This document shows, in pieces, positions 62,072 to 64,000 of a stretch of 64,000 nt of DNA. The notes beneath the pieces are model-generated. The model did no database searches and was not told where the DNA came from. It saw only the letters and a program-made list of their open reading frames with translations. Each line of letters begins with the position of its first letter. The first letter of the stretch is position 1. The translations under genes were made by a program, and so were the position numbers. The DNA lies in NCBI RefSeq assembly GCF_018350175.1, contig NC_058368.1:227418001-227482000 (forward strand), read 5' to 3'. Origin of the DNA: Felis catus. Its lineage: Eukaryota.

Positions 62072-62742
62072 TTTTTTAATCTTGTTTTATTTTTTATTTT
62101 TTAAAATTTACATCTAAATTAGCATCTAGTGCAACAATGATTTCAGGGGTAGATTCCTTAGTGCCCCTTACCCATTTAGCCCATCCCCCCTCCCCCAACC
62201 CCTCCAGCAACCCTCAGTTTGTTCTCCATATTTATGAGTCTCTTCTGTTTTGTCCCCCTCCCTGTTTTCGTATTCTTTTTGTTTCCCTTCCCTTATGTTC
62301 ATCTATTTTGTCTCTTAAAGCCCTCATATGAGTGAAGTCATATGACTGTTGTCTTTCTCTGACTGACTAATTTCACTTAGCATAATACCCTCTAGTTCCA
62401 TCCACGTAGTTGCAAATGGCCAGATTTCATTCTTTTTGATTGCCGAGTAATACTCCACTGTATATATATACCACGTCTTCTTTATCCATTCATCCATCGA
62501 TGGACATTTGGGCTCTTCCCATACTTTGGCTATTGTTGATAGTGCTGCTATAAACATGGGGGTGCGTGTGTCCCTTCGAAACAGCACACCTGTATCCCGT
62601 GGATAAATGCCCAGTAGTGCAATTGCTGGGTCGTAGGATAGTTCTAGTTTTAGTTTTTTGAACTAGTTTTTGATAGTTCTAGTTTTAGTTTTTTGAACCT
62701 CCATCCTATTTTCCAGAGTGGCTGCACCAGCTTGCATTCTCA
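62072..62742 (-). mobile_element. 5'-truncated felid-type LINE-1 3' end
   Basis: ORF2 C-terminal peptide (PMFIAALSTIAKVW...WMELEGIMLSEISQ). TSD tatgaagactatattctt / tatgaagattatattctt at 62054-62071 and 62743-62760. Confidence 0.95.
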
Positions 62743-63128
62743 TATGAAGATTATATTCTTAATGCAACTAATCCCTGTCCCATTTTTTTCTAAGCTAATG
62801 ATTTTCCTGAGTTTTGCTTGAAGCCATGTTCGTCTATAAGCGATCCCTGCTGCAGACTCTAGAGTAAAAGTCGGTAGACCTGGTCTGAAAACAGACCGCC
62901 ATGTTTGGAGTTGTGAACATGGGCGCTAGTTGGCCTCAGGGGTATCACATCATAAGTAATCTTGAGAAGTGAAGAAACACACGAGAAGAACACAGTAAGC
63001 AGCTGAAGCGAACCAGGTTCGAGAAGCGCGAGACGCAGGAATGTGAGCAACTTGTCACCCATATGAGACAAGCACGATCCGGGGTTGCCAGGAACAGTGA
63101 GGAGAGTTCCTTCGATATCCCCCGGTGG

Positions 63129-63153
63129 GTGCTCGCTTCGGCAGCACGTGTAC
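63129..63153 (+). pseudogene. 3'-truncated U6 snRNA retrocopy (first 25 nt)
   Basis: GTGCTCGCTTCGGCAGCACgTgTAC: first 19 nt identical to the U6 5' end, 23/25 overall. Flanked by a 15-bp repeat with 12/15 identity (63114-63128, 63154-63168). Confidence 0.8.
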
Positions 63154-64000
63154 AATATTCCCCAGTGGGAAGCATAACCCGGAGGTTTCCTTTTATGTCA
63201 AATGCCAAGAAATAAAGACCCCACCAACTACCTTGTTGACATTAGCGCCCGAGGGGGAATCAAGTTCAGTGCATCATATTAATGGAAGATCACCGGAAAC
63301 AACACCCAACCTGTGAACTTTGGGGTTTGGCTCCTGGGCTCCTGGGCTTCTGGGCTCCTGGCCTCTGGGCCCTGGGCTCCTCCCTGCACGATAGTTGCCA
63401 GAAGCGTCTGGCTGTGAAACCATCAGCACACCACAGGAAATGCAAACAAGCATTCGAAAAACCCAGCGGGACGGGAGATCCCAAACCTACACGCTTAGCA
63501 AGCCGAACGTCCGACATTCGGAGCACGTTCTACCGGACAAATGACTTGACCTGCAATCGGGTCCCAGGCTGCCCACAGAAATCTACCCAACCCGCGGTGG
63601 CCTGGGCCCGGGGCCAGTCACGGGGAAGGGCAAAGGCTACGGTAGTTTTCCTGGTTTCTGCCCCTGGAATTCACACGTTTGAAGAACAGGGTGTTGAATT
63701 AACGGAGAAGGAGGGAACAGGGGGTTTGTTTCTTTCGTTTACATCTCCGAAGACGAATTACAGACCCTGCAAGGAACTAGTAACCGAAGCACTGATTCTT
63801 TGCAATGAAGGCACGTGTGTGAGAGCCTGAGTATGTGAGTGTGTGTATGTGTGGGCGGGGCTTGCTGCACATACACGTGTGTACATACATGAAGTATATC
63901 CAGGCGTCCCGCCGCACCTGGCTGCAGTCAATGCCACCTTCTTCATCCCGCACGTCAAACAACTCACCTGGTCCCTCCTGTGAGAAATGACAAGACAATC

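Noticed and set aside
63129..63153. Functional U6 gene
   Set aside because: Only 25 nt are present, and no upstream TATA or PSE was recognised.
40000..64000. Exons of the syntenic neighbours TRIO or OTULIN
   Set aside because: No recognisable peptide from either gene anywhere in the window.

Overview
Mammalian carnivore genomic DNA, most likely felid, judged from the dense tRNA-derived CanSINEs with SINEC_Fc-like sequence and carnivore-type L1. The window contains one complete protein-coding gene on the minus strand, OTULINL (FAM105A), the pseudo-deubiquitinase paralogue of OTULIN. It has 8 coding exons: 39097-39028, 17846-17687, 17598-17567, 17465-17374, 16065-15916, 12469-12341, 11003-10734 and 9814-9641. 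All introns are GT-AG, and the exons join in frame to 1077 nt (358 aa plus stop). A CpG-island promoter lies at about 38.4-39.5 kb and intron 1 is 21 kb long. The remainder is 3' UTR/downstream and upstream intergenic DNA with about 35 CanSINEs, L1 fragments, LTRs, MIR/L2 and hAT relics. The most notable oddities are: a TSD-flanked 5'-half tRNA-Glu(CTC) tailless retrocopy; a TSD-flanked 25-nt U6 5' fragment; a SINE apparently carrying transduced 3' flank; two loci with repeated SINE insertion at the same target site; a perfect 18-bp-arm hairpin in intron 1; and an orphan CpG-rich, ETS-motif-dense element about 15 kb upstream. I found no evidence of a wholly new biological system. Repeat subfamily names come from recall and repeat boundaries are approximate.
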